Assembly: GCA_030632085.1 (NCBI GenBank) | Contig: DAOVJY010000001.1 | Span: 207,402 to 271,401 of the forward strand | DNA length: 64,000 nucleotides | Direction: 5' to 3' | Source: Candidatus Omnitrophota bacterium | GTDB lineage: Bacteria > Omnitrophota > Gorgyraeia > JAGLLT01 | Shown here: piece after piece, positions 10,947 to 20,673 of the stretch | How the letters are laid out: every line of letters starts with the position of its first letter | Numbering within the stretch: position 1 is the first letter of the stretch | The notes under the pieces: generated by a model | Told to the model about the DNA's origin: nothing | What the model saw: only the letters and a program-made list of their open reading frames with translations | Databases searched by the model: none | Translations under genes and position numbers: made by a program

Positions 10947-12473
10947 TTATATCAAATCCACCTTAATTAAGCAATAAAAACCACTTTCTTTAACAATCTG
11001 ATTGTTGGGCAAGTTTAATTCAGAAATTTGGACGTATTGTGTGTTGATCAAGAGATAATTTATGTCATATCTTTTAAAAATGACGGTCAAGGGCACCTTC
11101 AAGACAGGCCAAAAATCACTGTAATCCACAACATGGGCTATAGAGTTGTCTGTGGTTAACAACCTGGCAGAAGTAAAATATGTAGCAGCATCAGCTAAAT
11201 ACAGGGGCATGGTCATTATATTTACTTTGCCTTCAAGAATATCAATATATTTAAATATTTCTTTTATTTCTTTATTAACCGAGCGTTTAGAATCTTTTAC
11301 TATAACTTGCTGCTGTATGAATAATGTGGGCAGCAACGCTCCGAAAATAGCGATGATTAAATAGAACACTAAAAATACATTATGCTGTCCCGATATTAAG
11401 CCATTTGTAAGAAATACTGCTACAATTATAGCTACAGGGAAAGCTGAGTATTCCAGATACCTTTCGCCCTCTCCAATACAGCCAAGTTTCTTCACCTGTC
11501 TGACAATGACTCCAATCACAAACAACAAGATACTCCAAACAACAAACTTTGAGAACATAGCCTCTGGGATACCCATTGTATTTATATTATATGATTTGAA
11601 TAAATCTAAATAAACATAAGCAAAAACAAAAACCATAAAAGGATTAGCGGCGCATACAGCTATAAAAGGTATATTTTGAACAAGTTGATATATCCTAAAA
11701 ACAGCATCCGGATTTTTCTCTTTTTTTGAAACTCCTCTTATCTGGTGAGCATATCTATTATCAATATGAATAAACCAGAACCTTATCATGGCCAGGTGTC
11801 CCTTGAGAACTTTAAGATAGAACCCTTTTGAAAAAAGTATTGCTAAGATAACAGAACCTAACAACACAGCAATATATGTAAAATCAAGTTCAATTATTGA
11901 GAAAAACACCAAGGTAAACACAATTGCCTGAATAGACATTCGGTGCGATAAAAGTAATATAGTTAAGAAAATAATAGAAGCTATCAAACAAAAGATATTG
12001 CCAAACACACTATAACAAATAAGGGAAAAGAAACAACCGCTAAATAGTAATGAAGCAAAAGAGCGAGTTGTCAAATTAGAATTTTCCATAATAACTATAG
12101 GGCTGAGCATATAAGTTACTTGAGCGAGTATCGAAATAAAGAAGTTATTTGTAAAATAATAAACTACGCTAAAAATAAATAAGTTGTGAATGAAATCAAA
12201 AATTGGTGAAGCAATCCACTGGTATTTTTCAAGTAATTTTTTTGGAAATAGGGCTAGTAAAAAACGAAAAAGCGGCGGATAATCAGAAGGCTTATCTATA
12301 AGATAGTGTTCAGGCATAAGCTTTGGATATTTCTTATTCTGCCTTATATAGTCGGCTACTGTCAGATGCCTCCATGTATCAATCCCAAAATAGCGATTAC
12401 TAAGCCGAGGCCTAACCTGGATAAACAACCCAACCAAAGCAACAACTACTCCAAATATATACCCAATTAACAT
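10947..12473 (-). CDS. Uncharacterised polytopic membrane protein, putative GT-C fold glycosyltransferase
   Basis: Many TM segments; FGIDTWRH...DYPP loop after TM1; paralog of 21575-23104. Confidence 0.6.
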   Translation of the reverse strand: MLIGYIFGVVVALVGLFIQVRPRLSNRYFGIDTWRHLTVADYIRQNKKYPKLMPEHYLIDKPSDYPPLFRFLLALFPKKLLEKYQWIASPIFDFIHNLFIFSVVYYFTNNFFISILAQVTYMLSPIVIMENSNLTTRSFASLLFSGCFFSLICYSVFGNIFCLIASIIFLTILLLSHRMSIQAIVFTLVFFSIIELDFTYIAVLLGSVILAILFSKGFYLKVLKGHLAMIRFWFIHIDNRYAHQIRGVSKKEKNPDAVFRIYQLVQNIPFIAVCAANPFMVFVFAYVYLDLFKSYNINTMGIPEAMFSKFVVWSILLFVIGVIVRQVKKLGCIGEGERYLEYSAFPVAIIVAVFLTNGLISGQHNVFLVFYLIIAIFGALLPTLFIQQQVIVKDSKRSVNKEIKEIFKYIDILEGKVNIMTMPLYLADAATYFTSARLLTTDNSIAHVVDYSDFWPVLKVPLTVIFKRYDINYLLINTQYVQISELNLPNNQIVKESGFYCLIKVDLI

Positions 12474-12483
12474 AAATAAATCC

Positions 12484-12878
12484 TTACTTTTTCTTTGCGA
12501 TTAAGAAAATATCTCTAAATCCTTCTTTTTTGAATTTATGAGTTATAAGCCTCTTCACAGACTTAAAATCTCTATAGATAATCTTTTTAAGAAAATATTT
12601 AAAAAAATAAAAAAAGTTGGAGAAACTAACCACTCGCATTCTCTAATAAATTATTTATGGAAAGCTGCCAGTAGAAATCTTAGGCCCGGCTGATAATCAG
12701 AGAGAGATTCGATTAAGAATTTATCCATCCATTTGGGATAGTGTTTGTTTTCTCTGATATAATCTGCTACCATCAGATGTCTCCAACTATCTACTCCGAA
12801 ATGCCTGATGCTGAAGCGGGGCCTAACTTGAATAATAAAACTAAGTGCTGTAATAAAAATACCAACAAGCAAAAACAA
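12484..12878 (-). pseudogene. Chimeric relic: 5' part of a third GT-C-like membrane paralog joined to the 3' end of a second methyltransferase copy
   Basis: MFLL...FGVDSWRH...AAFHK*FIRECEWLVSP aligns with the 10947 paralog across a TAA stop. In another frame, FYFFKY...KEGFRDIFLIAKKK* matches the C-terminus of 12881-13606. Confidence 0.82.
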
Positions 12879-12880
12879 TG

Positions 12881-13606
12881 TTATTCCTCATTACCTTTAA
12901 TTTTCTTACAAACTAAAAATATATCTCTAAAACCATCTTTTTCATATTCACGGGTAATAATTTTTTCTATAAAAGGCTTCTTATACAAATTAATTTTAAA
13001 CAAGTATTTAGAAAGATAAAAGAAAGGGATGGAAAGATTTGTTAATACTCCTCCTTTTAACATGAGTTTTTCAAATTCAAAACCTTTATCAGCTAACATC
13101 TGTCTTAAATTTTCTACGTTGTAATGCCGATGGCCCACTAACCAGTGCGCTACATCAAAGATATTACCCATCAACTCACTACGAGGAGTCGTTATTATGA
13201 ATGAGCCCCCTATTTTTAGCACTCTATTTACTTCTTTAAAAAGCTGCGGCTCGGTATTTTTAGGAATATGCTCTAAAACCATAAACAGACTCACCACATC
13301 AAAGGAATTATCCTCAAAGGGCAGGCAAAATGCATCAGCTGCCCCAAAAGTACAATGGGGATTCGCTTCCTTGGCTATTTTTAAAGCTGCCAGGGATATA
13401 TCTACGCCAGTAATCTGACAATCGTCATCTTTAAACTGGGTTTCAAAACTAGCTGTCCAACAGCCGATATTCAAAACCTTTTTACCTTCAAAATATGGTT
13501 TAATTAATTTGTAAATAATCTTATGAAAAACGTCCGGAGTCGGTTCATCAAAACTCTTTAGAAAATTCAACTCATGAATTATGCGCTTCTTATTATCTTT
13601 TGGCAT
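12881..13606 (-). CDS. Class I SAM-dependent methyltransferase
   Basis: VLNIGCWTA (variant motif I), LPFEDNSFDVV, VLEHI. Confidence 0.85.
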   Translation of the reverse strand: MPKDNKKRIIHELNFLKSFDEPTPDVFHKIIYKLIKPYFEGKKVLNIGCWTASFETQFKDDDCQITGVDISLAALKIAKEANPHCTFGAADAFCLPFEDNSFDVVSLFMVLEHIPKNTEPQLFKEVNRVLKIGGSFIITTPRSELMGNIFDVAHWLVGHRHYNVENLRQMLADKGFEFEKLMLKGGVLTNLSIPFFYLSKYLFKINLYKKPFIEKIITREYEKDGFRDIFLVCKKIKGNEE

Positions 13607-13608
13607 TT

Positions 13609-15066
13609 TTATCTTCTGACCTTTACAAAATCTCTGATATGCCCTATGACCGGTTTTATACCTCTGCCTAAATATCTAATATATTCTAAATCTCTAATTT
13701 TTAAGATATGGCGCAATATAAATCTAGGATGCAGAAATATTTTATATATATCATGACAAATCTTCATTATTTCTTCTTCAGTTGCATCAGGTGTTTTTAA
13801 TATCGGATGGCACATATCGAATTGCTCATAATCATCTTTATCAATCTTAAGCCAGTTGTTTTCCACAGCCTCCTCATAAAGAGGTGTCCCGGGATAACTC
13901 ATAATCACAGTTGATTGCAACATATCGGCATAACCGTTAAGCATCAGATATCTGGCTAGTTTAAGGGTATCGAGCATGTCTTGCTTAGTTTCCCAGGGAT
14001 AGCCGACCATCATTGTTAAATGGACTGTCAGTCCGGCCTGCTTAGCTATTTTGCTACCCTCTATTATCTGGGCAACGGTTGTACCTTTATCAAGCCGCTT
14101 TAGAGTTTCATCGCTGGCTGATTCCAGACCACATTTCATGAGCCGGAAGCCCGCTTTTTTCATTAACTTGGCTCGTTCAAGAGTTAAATAATCATACCTG
14201 AAATTACAGGATATGTATATCTTCTTATTGTAACCTCTTTCAATCATTCCGTTACAAAATTCTGTTAACCACTTGCCAGAAGGAAAAGTTCCGGTATCAT
14301 CAAATATTTCACCGATATCATATTTTCCAATCAACAATCCAATTTCATTTAGTAAGCTCTCAGGGCTTCTGGTTCTAAACTTGGGAAAAAGTGTGGTCCA
14401 GGAACAAAATTTACATTTGGCCCAAGGACAGTCTCTTCCAACCATAGTATAAGTGAATGGCTCTCTTTTATAAAGCCGTTCACCATATAAACGCCACTTA
14501 GTCAGCTCTCTATCAACTAAAGGCAGAGTATTTAAATCATGATTAAGCTCAAACTTACCGGTACTTTTTATTTGTCCATTATTTCGATACCAGATACCAG
14601 GCTCCAGCGTTTCTTTTTTTTCTAAATATTTAACTATATTTGAGAGAAGAAAATCATAATCCCCTCCGGTAAGACAAAAATCAACTTTTGAATTTTGCAT
14701 ACTTTCATCCGGCTTAGCCGTAATGTGATCTCCCATTAAGACTGTAATGCATTCAGGATTGATGCTTTTAAGTTCATCAACTATTTTCCAGTGCTGCCTA
14801 ACGACCGGGGTTTTTGTCTCCAGGGCAATTAAATCGGGTTTTTCTTTCTTGACAAAATCGATAAATTCCTCATATTGCCATTTTTCAGCAATGCAATCAT
14901 TCCATACAACCTCATGGCCCTCTTCTTTTAAAAGAGTTGCCGCTGAAGCCGGCACCATGGGATATATATAAGATGGATTATGAAAATATTGAAACTGTCT
15001 ATTCTGCCCAAGCATAGGTATTCCTTTAGCATCCGGTATTGGTGGATATGAAATCATTATTTTCAT
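13609..15066 (-). CDS. B12-binding-domain radical SAM protein (class B-like)
   Basis: N-terminal cobalamin-binding-like Rossmann segment (KPDLIAL...LMGDH), GRDCPWAKCKFC Cys motif, GLESAS, YPGTPLY. Confidence 0.85.
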   Translation of the reverse strand: MKIMISYPPIPDAKGIPMLGQNRQFQYFHNPSYIYPMVPASAATLLKEEGHEVVWNDCIAEKWQYEEFIDFVKKEKPDLIALETKTPVVRQHWKIVDELKSINPECITVLMGDHITAKPDESMQNSKVDFCLTGGDYDFLLSNIVKYLEKKETLEPGIWYRNNGQIKSTGKFELNHDLNTLPLVDRELTKWRLYGERLYKREPFTYTMVGRDCPWAKCKFCSWTTLFPKFRTRSPESLLNEIGLLIGKYDIGEIFDDTGTFPSGKWLTEFCNGMIERGYNKKIYISCNFRYDYLTLERAKLMKKAGFRLMKCGLESASDETLKRLDKGTTVAQIIEGSKIAKQAGLTVHLTMMVGYPWETKQDMLDTLKLARYLMLNGYADMLQSTVIMSYPGTPLYEEAVENNWLKIDKDDYEQFDMCHPILKTPDATEEEIMKICHDIYKIFLHPRFILRHILKIRDLEYIRYLGRGIKPVIGHIRDFVKVRR

Positions 15067-18000
15067 TTTTTATATCTTCCCTTCCTTTGACGATCATAAC
15101 ATAGGTAAGATATTGATATAATAAGAGTAATAAATGAAACACTTAGACCTAAATAAAATAAGTTTTGTACCTTATAGTTAATTACTATTGTTGAACCTTT
15201 TTTATATTCGGACTTATCAATTTTCCATCCATTTGCATAGCCATCTATTATGAAATGTTCATCAAGTTTAGACTTCTTACCTGAATTACGATTAATAATA
15301 TATGCTTCCCATTCTGAGTTATAAGCTTCCCGAAAATATAAAAAAGATACCTTATTGCTATCGCGTAAAACATTATATTTAGTTTGATTAATCTTTTTAT
15401 ATTTGAGAGGATATGAAAATTCTTGAGTATCGTCTTTAGATGATACTTCAAGGCAACATTTACCCATATTTGCCTGAGCAAATCCAACACTATGCAGTCC
15501 CTCAGGAAAAAATATACTTTCATATATATAACAGTTAACACCATCTAAATTCTTTAGTTCAAATGATATTTCCTTTTCATCTAAACAAACCTTTTTATTC
15601 TTTGTTTGAATGTTTTCACTTACTAAACTATCATAAGGGTAAATTCTGATGTTGTAATCACCCGATTTTGGTATATATATATCACTTTTATAATATTCAT
15701 TACCTATAACCACATCTTTAATAGCACAAGTTACACTTCTCCCATATTTATAACTTTCTTTATCGGGCGAATAAAATGAAATATAATTATCACCCGGTTT
15801 TAATTTAATGCCTTTTAAAATTGTTGTTCGAACCATATCTTTTGGTAAAAAACACATTGAAAGATACGTATCGTTTATATAATAATACATATATCTATCC
15901 ATTTCATATGAATATACATCAAATTTGACATTGGTAATAACTTCTTCACTACTCCTATTATCTATGATAATTGTTTTTCCGTTAGCTGATATTAACCAGT
16001 TCCATTTCGCTTCTTCCGGATTTTTTTTAAATTTAAAAACATTAATTAACTTTGGACTGTTATATTCGCTATTCCATTGAGTATCTTCGGATCTGACTTC
16101 TGACTGCATTTTTTCTGATGATAAAAAATATGTTAAACCCTTACCTTTTTCTCTCAAGCATCTCAGCAATAAATTTCGATATAAATCATTATATGTATCA
16201 AAAACAGCTTTGGGTAATATAATTAAATTAATTTCTTTACTTCCAAGTATGCTCTTTTCCTGATTGGTTAATCTTATTTCAATAACACGCTTTCCTTTTT
16301 TTATATAAAAATTTGCAATGTTAATCCATTTCAAAGAAAAATCGTCCTGAATTAGATCCTTTCTAGCTTGCCCAATTTGTCCATCAATTTTTACATTAAG
16401 TTTGCGGCTATATATGTTGTATATATCCTGTTCAATCCATACCTGATACAAATTTTCAATGCTTGCCTCAAAATTAAATATATGTCCGTTATTAGCTTGT
16501 AAATCGTCACTTAATAGAGTAATTTTATGTTCGGGTTCTATAAAATCAAATACAAAATCAGAAAAATTAGCATTGTAAAAGAAAATTTTCTCAATTCCTC
16601 CATTGAGTTCTTCTTTAATGAAAGTATGATTTATTTTTTGACTAGATAAAATAACAGGTAAGTCATTCATAATATTAATATAACTTAAAGGAGAAAAAGC
16701 TGAAACTTTACCGACTAACATAGCTAACTTAGATGTTTCCCCAATATAAACCGGGTCATCCTGATTTTGATATAATTGCCACTTGCCATAAGTGCCTAAA
16801 AGATTAATTTTTCTTTGATAGGATAAAGCGCTCTTTAGAAAATCCGGTGAAAGCTTTGAACCAAAAAAATCATACCAGGCATCATTGTGAACTAAGATAT
16901 ATTTTACGTTTAAGACATTCAGAATATTAGCGGCTAGCGGAGTCGTTCTCTCATAAAGGGCGTTGTAATAAGTATTTTTCAGCTTATCAGTATCGGTTGC
17001 ATTACTGTTTCCATATAGTATAGATTTTAATGAGAGCAATGTAAGTAAATGTGGGGGGCCTACATAACCCCATCTATATCCATTAAGCGGTAATGATGGT
17101 AACGCAATAATACGATAATCATTTTCTTGCTTATCCATAAATTTAACAAAATCAATTATATAATTTGGAACCTTTATACCAACAGAAAATGACGTTCCAG
17201 GTTCTCTTATCCTAATAACTTGTCCGTTTAACATTGGATAGCTGTAGATAAAATTACAACATAAAATTATTATTATAAATACTGTAGGTATCATGCTATT
17301 AAGGTTATACTTTTGGTGCAATATTGTTCTTTTGCAACAATTTTTAATCTTTGTGTACAAATATATCAAAGTAACACTTATTAAATACGAATATGCCAAG
17401 GAAATAATTAACGCGAATTTATAATATGGGCTTCTAAATACCTGAAAAAAAGGCACATTTTCAGTCATCCACAAGTAAAATTTGCCCGTGGGCATATGAG
17501 CACCGCAAGCTAAAACCGTGGCAATTATACTCATTACAACAAAAAAAACTTCGTGAAATTTCTTTTTAATAATAATTGCAGAGTAAGCCAATGCAGGAAT
17601 TAATACACTCCAAATTATCAAAAATGGATTAGTGAAATATGTTTTAGCATAGGGAACATAAGGCACATTAACCCTGGCGTCATAGTACCAATCCCATGCT
17701 CCCTGAAAGCGGGAAACATTTAAAATAGAGGTGTGGGTACTTATTCCCTTAAGCCAGTTAGCCAAATTAAACGCCCCTAAGCCGTAATTCACACTGGCCA
17801 TCAATCTTGCAACAACTTCACGCAAATAAGGTAACCACCAAAAAGCGTTTATACCGATAAAGATAAGGATAATTAAAGCAAAAAAACTTATAACGTTACA
17901 TATATTTTTAAAGGCATCCTTTGAAAATATCCTATTTATAATATAAAAAATTGCGTATGAGACAATCAACAATAGTGGCATAGCAAAAATAGGAGGACTA

Positions 18001-18575
18001 GCTCCCCATTCAGACACTAATAGTGAAAACAGTCCTATGTAAATAGCAGCCTTAAAATAACTTATATCTTTCCTTAGGCCCTTAATCATAAAAGCTAATA
18101 TTATCGGCATACCAACATAAGCTGAAATATTGGCAGCCTTCCCTACTTCCCAAATATTAAAAACCAGTGGATTAAAAGCATAGAAACAGACAGCTATTAA
18201 TCTTTGCAAGCGATTCGGTTTCGCCTGAATGACAGCAACCATGTAATAAATGGCCACTTCTATCATTAAAAACCAAAATATAAAAAGAATCTTCTGCGAT
18301 ATAATTGCTGACATACCGAAAAAATTGCAAATGGCTTGAGGTAAATAATAGAATAGACTTGTAGCATAAATAGCAGATGGCATACCGGCGCCAAAACGAG
18401 AATCCCACATAAAAAAACGTGCTGTATAAAACTTAATAGGATTGTACAAAGGATAAACCGCATCTGAACCAGCCACAGCTATTCCGCCTTTGAACCAAAG
18501 CAGGGGCACGAGTCCTAATAAAAAAATTACTAATAAATCCTGTAATAATGCATTTTTACTTTTATTATTATTCAT
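15063..18575 (-). CDS. Large polytopic membrane protein, AftD-N/YfhO-like putative GT-C glycosyltransferase
   Basis: Paralog of 1431-4550: LGLVPLLWFK, HTSILNVSRFQGAWDWY, RSPYYKF, HFIIDGYANGW, C-terminal TM. Confidence 0.7.
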   Translation of the reverse strand: MNNNKSKNALLQDLLVIFLLGLVPLLWFKGGIAVAGSDAVYPLYNPIKFYTARFFMWDSRFGAGMPSAIYATSLFYYLPQAICNFFGMSAIISQKILFIFWFLMIEVAIYYMVAVIQAKPNRLQRLIAVCFYAFNPLVFNIWEVGKAANISAYVGMPIILAFMIKGLRKDISYFKAAIYIGLFSLLVSEWGASPPIFAMPLLLIVSYAIFYIINRIFSKDAFKNICNVISFFALIILIFIGINAFWWLPYLREVVARLMASVNYGLGAFNLANWLKGISTHTSILNVSRFQGAWDWYYDARVNVPYVPYAKTYFTNPFLIIWSVLIPALAYSAIIIKKKFHEVFFVVMSIIATVLACGAHMPTGKFYLWMTENVPFFQVFRSPYYKFALIISLAYSYLISVTLIYLYTKIKNCCKRTILHQKYNLNSMIPTVFIIIILCCNFIYSYPMLNGQVIRIREPGTSFSVGIKVPNYIIDFVKFMDKQENDYRIIALPSLPLNGYRWGYVGPPHLLTLLSLKSILYGNSNATDTDKLKNTYYNALYERTTPLAANILNVLNVKYILVHNDAWYDFFGSKLSPDFLKSALSYQRKINLLGTYGKWQLYQNQDDPVYIGETSKLAMLVGKVSAFSPLSYINIMNDLPVILSSQKINHTFIKEELNGGIEKIFFYNANFSDFVFDFIEPEHKITLLSDDLQANNGHIFNFEASIENLYQVWIEQDIYNIYSRKLNVKIDGQIGQARKDLIQDDFSLKWINIANFYIKKGKRVIEIRLTNQEKSILGSKEINLIILPKAVFDTYNDLYRNLLLRCLREKGKGLTYFLSSEKMQSEVRSEDTQWNSEYNSPKLINVFKFKKNPEEAKWNWLISANGKTIIIDNRSSEEVITNVKFDVYSYEMDRYMYYYINDTYLSMCFLPKDMVRTTILKGIKLKPGDNYISFYSPDKESYKYGRSVTCAIKDVVIGNEYYKSDIYIPKSGDYNIRIYPYDSLVSENIQTKNKKVCLDEKEISFELKNLDGVNCYIYESIFFPEGLHSVGFAQANMGKCCLEVSSKDDTQEFSYPLKYKKINQTKYNVLRDSNKVSFLYFREAYNSEWEAYIINRNSGKKSKLDEHFIIDGYANGWKIDKSEYKKGSTIVINYKVQNLFYLGLSVSFITLIISISYLCYDRQRKGRYKK

Positions 18576-18580
18576 AAATT

Positions 18581-19564
18581 TTATTTTTTTATACCTCTAA
18601 CTTCTAAGCACCCGCCTAGCCTGAAAATATCAAGTAAAAAATCGAGAGATATAGAAATAAATCTAAAAAAAACATTATTAAATAGTAAATTTACAAGGGT
18701 TTCGTTTTTAAATTTTATATTCATTATAGACACTAAGCTTGCCAAACCAGTACCAACAGAGTTATAGTATATCTTTATATCTGAATAACCGCATTCCACT
18801 AATATTTTTTTAATTGTTTGCGGAGAGAAATGATAGAGATGCCGCGGCACATCAAACCCAGACCAATCCTGTTTAAATATTTTACTATATAACGAATTAA
18901 CATTCGGTATACCTATTATAATCTGGCCTTTTAGTTTTAAAATATTTGCTATTTTTTTTAAATTCTGTTTTGGATGTTTAAAATGTTCTAGAACATGCCA
19001 CAAGCGCACAACATCATATGTCTCATCTTTAACTTCAAGTTCCTCAAATTTGCCACAACGAACATCTAAATTGTGACTTTGTGCTCTTTTGACAGCTTCG
19101 CGATCAATTTCTATGCCGCTAACGCTCCAACCAAGATCTTTAAGCTGTTTAATGAATAAACCATCACCACAACCTATGTCCAATAATTTAGCATTTTTTT
19201 TGAATGGGGGAATCCCACCAAATCTTCGTTTCAACGGAAAATATAAAACCATTTTAATTTTTCTCAAACAACTGTTACCATGACCTCCGTAAGTCAAAAA
19301 TATCTGCTTTCTGAGGAATTTTTTAATCTTGCTGAATAAGTCAAGTTTGCTCTGATCTTCTTTTAAAACTTCTCCATATGAATAATACTCACCTTTAACA
19401 TAATACCTTCCCAATTCTTCAGCTGTGGGTTGAGGATTAATATAAACCAAGTGACATTGAGAACACATAACTAAATCGAATGTTACCTCGGTTTCGCTGT
19501 TTTTAATAGCATATAGTTTATTGTATTCATTGGAATTGCAAATGTTACAGCTTATTTTATCCAT
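18581..19564 (-). CDS. Class I SAM-dependent methyltransferase with N-terminal Zn-ribbon
   Basis: CNIC...CSQC, LLDIGCGDG, HVLEH, PRHLYHF. Confidence 0.88.
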   Translation of the reverse strand: MDKISCNICNSNEYNKLYAIKNSETEVTFDLVMCSQCHLVYINPQPTAEELGRYYVKGEYYSYGEVLKEDQSKLDLFSKIKKFLRKQIFLTYGGHGNSCLRKIKMVLYFPLKRRFGGIPPFKKNAKLLDIGCGDGLFIKQLKDLGWSVSGIEIDREAVKRAQSHNLDVRCGKFEELEVKDETYDVVRLWHVLEHFKHPKQNLKKIANILKLKGQIIIGIPNVNSLYSKIFKQDWSGFDVPRHLYHFSPQTIKKILVECGYSDIKIYYNSVGTGLASLVSIMNIKFKNETLVNLLFNNVFFRFISISLDFLLDIFRLGGCLEVRGIKK

Positions 19565-19578
19565 ATTATTATCTCATT

Positions 19579-20673
19579 CTATAGTGCACTTTTTACTGTT
19601 TTAGCAAGTAAATTTATTTCTTCTTCAGTCATTTGGGGATAAAGCGGCAAGACTACGCTTTTTTCTCCTGCAATAAATGAATTAGAAACATCTCCAGGGG
19701 TATATTTATATTTATTCTTGTAAAAAGGTTGGCTATGGAGTGCGTAATTACCAACAACAGTTTCAATATCTTTACTTTTTAAATAAGACATAAATTTGGA
19801 CCTATCAACTTCCTGATTCAACAACACTACATATGCTTGAAATATATGCTGGCAATTTTCACTTATCTCGGGGAGCCGCAAAGAAGCAATACCGGAAAGT
19901 AAAGCACTTAATTCTTTTGCTGCCTTTTGTCTTTTTTTTATGATGTCATTTAGTTTTTTCATTTGTGCAATTCCTAAAACAGCGTGTAACTCACTCAATC
20001 TATAGTTATAGCCACAATGATTAAAATAGACTCTGCCATCTTTCTTTATGCTTCCGTGATCACGCAATCTTTCTATTAATTTAGCATGTTCATCGTTGTT
20101 GGTCACGACTATGCCACCCTCCGCGGTAGTAAGTATTTTTCTGGGATGAAGGCTAAAACATCCTAAATCTCCCATAACTCCACAAAACTCTCCCTTATAT
20201 TCTGCACCCATTGCACAGGCAGCATCTTCAATAATAAAAAGATTGTGTTCATGGGCAATTTTTCTAATTTCGTCCATGTCAGCAGATTGACCAAATCCAT
20301 GAACAGGCATAATTGCTTTTGTTTTACTTGTTATTTTTCTCCTTATATCTTCAGGATCAATATTGAAAGTTTTTAAATCAATATCCGCAAATACAGGTTT
20401 TGCTCCTGTGTATTCAACTGCATTTGCGGTCGCTACAAAAGTAAAATCAGGAACTATCACCTCGTCGCCACTTGATATATTTAATGATATTAATGCTAGA
20501 TGAAGAGCTGCTGTACCTGAACTTACAGCAATAGCATACTTAACCCCCATGTAATCTTTCACCATACGCTCAAACTCTTCTACATATGGTCCTTTGGTCA
20601 ACCATCCCGAATCAATAACTTTTTGTAAATCTAAAACCTCTTCATAGCACAAATCAGGAAGTGTAATTCTCAT
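19579..20673 (-). CDS. DegT/DnrJ/EryC1/StrS PLP-dependent sugar aminotransferase
   Basis: SSGTAALH, IIEDAAC, FSLHPRKILTTAEGG, GYNYRL. Confidence 0.93.
   Translation of the reverse strand: MRITLPDLCYEEVLDLQKVIDSGWLTKGPYVEEFERMVKDYMGVKYAIAVSSGTAALHLALISLNISSGDEVIVPDFTFVATANAVEYTGAKPVFADIDLKTFNIDPEDIRRKITSKTKAIMPVHGFGQSADMDEIRKIAHEHNLFIIEDAACAMGAEYKGEFCGVMGDLGCFSLHPRKILTTAEGGIVVTNNDEHAKLIERLRDHGSIKKDGRVYFNHCGYNYRLSELHAVLGIAQMKKLNDIIKKRQKAAKELSALLSGIASLRLPEISENCQHIFQAYVVLLNQEVDRSKFMSYLKSKDIETVVGNYALHSQPFYKNKYKYTPGDVSNSFIAGEKSVVLPLYPQMTEEEINLLAKTVKSAL

Noticed and set aside
10947-12473. Canonical oligosaccharyltransferase (PglB/AglB)
   Set aside because: No WWDYG motif and the C-terminal soluble domain is too small
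12651-12653. Programmed stop read-through or alternative genetic code
   Set aside because: The stop is TAA, homology ends about 12 codons later at a deletion, and all other genes read normally with the standard bacterial code
1-20673. Secondary-metabolite (antibiotic) cluster, suggested by the radical SAM, MTases, carbamoyltransferase and AsnB
   Set aside because: No scaffold synthase, precursor peptide or resistance/export gene seen; the flippase, GTs and lptD context favour a surface glycan
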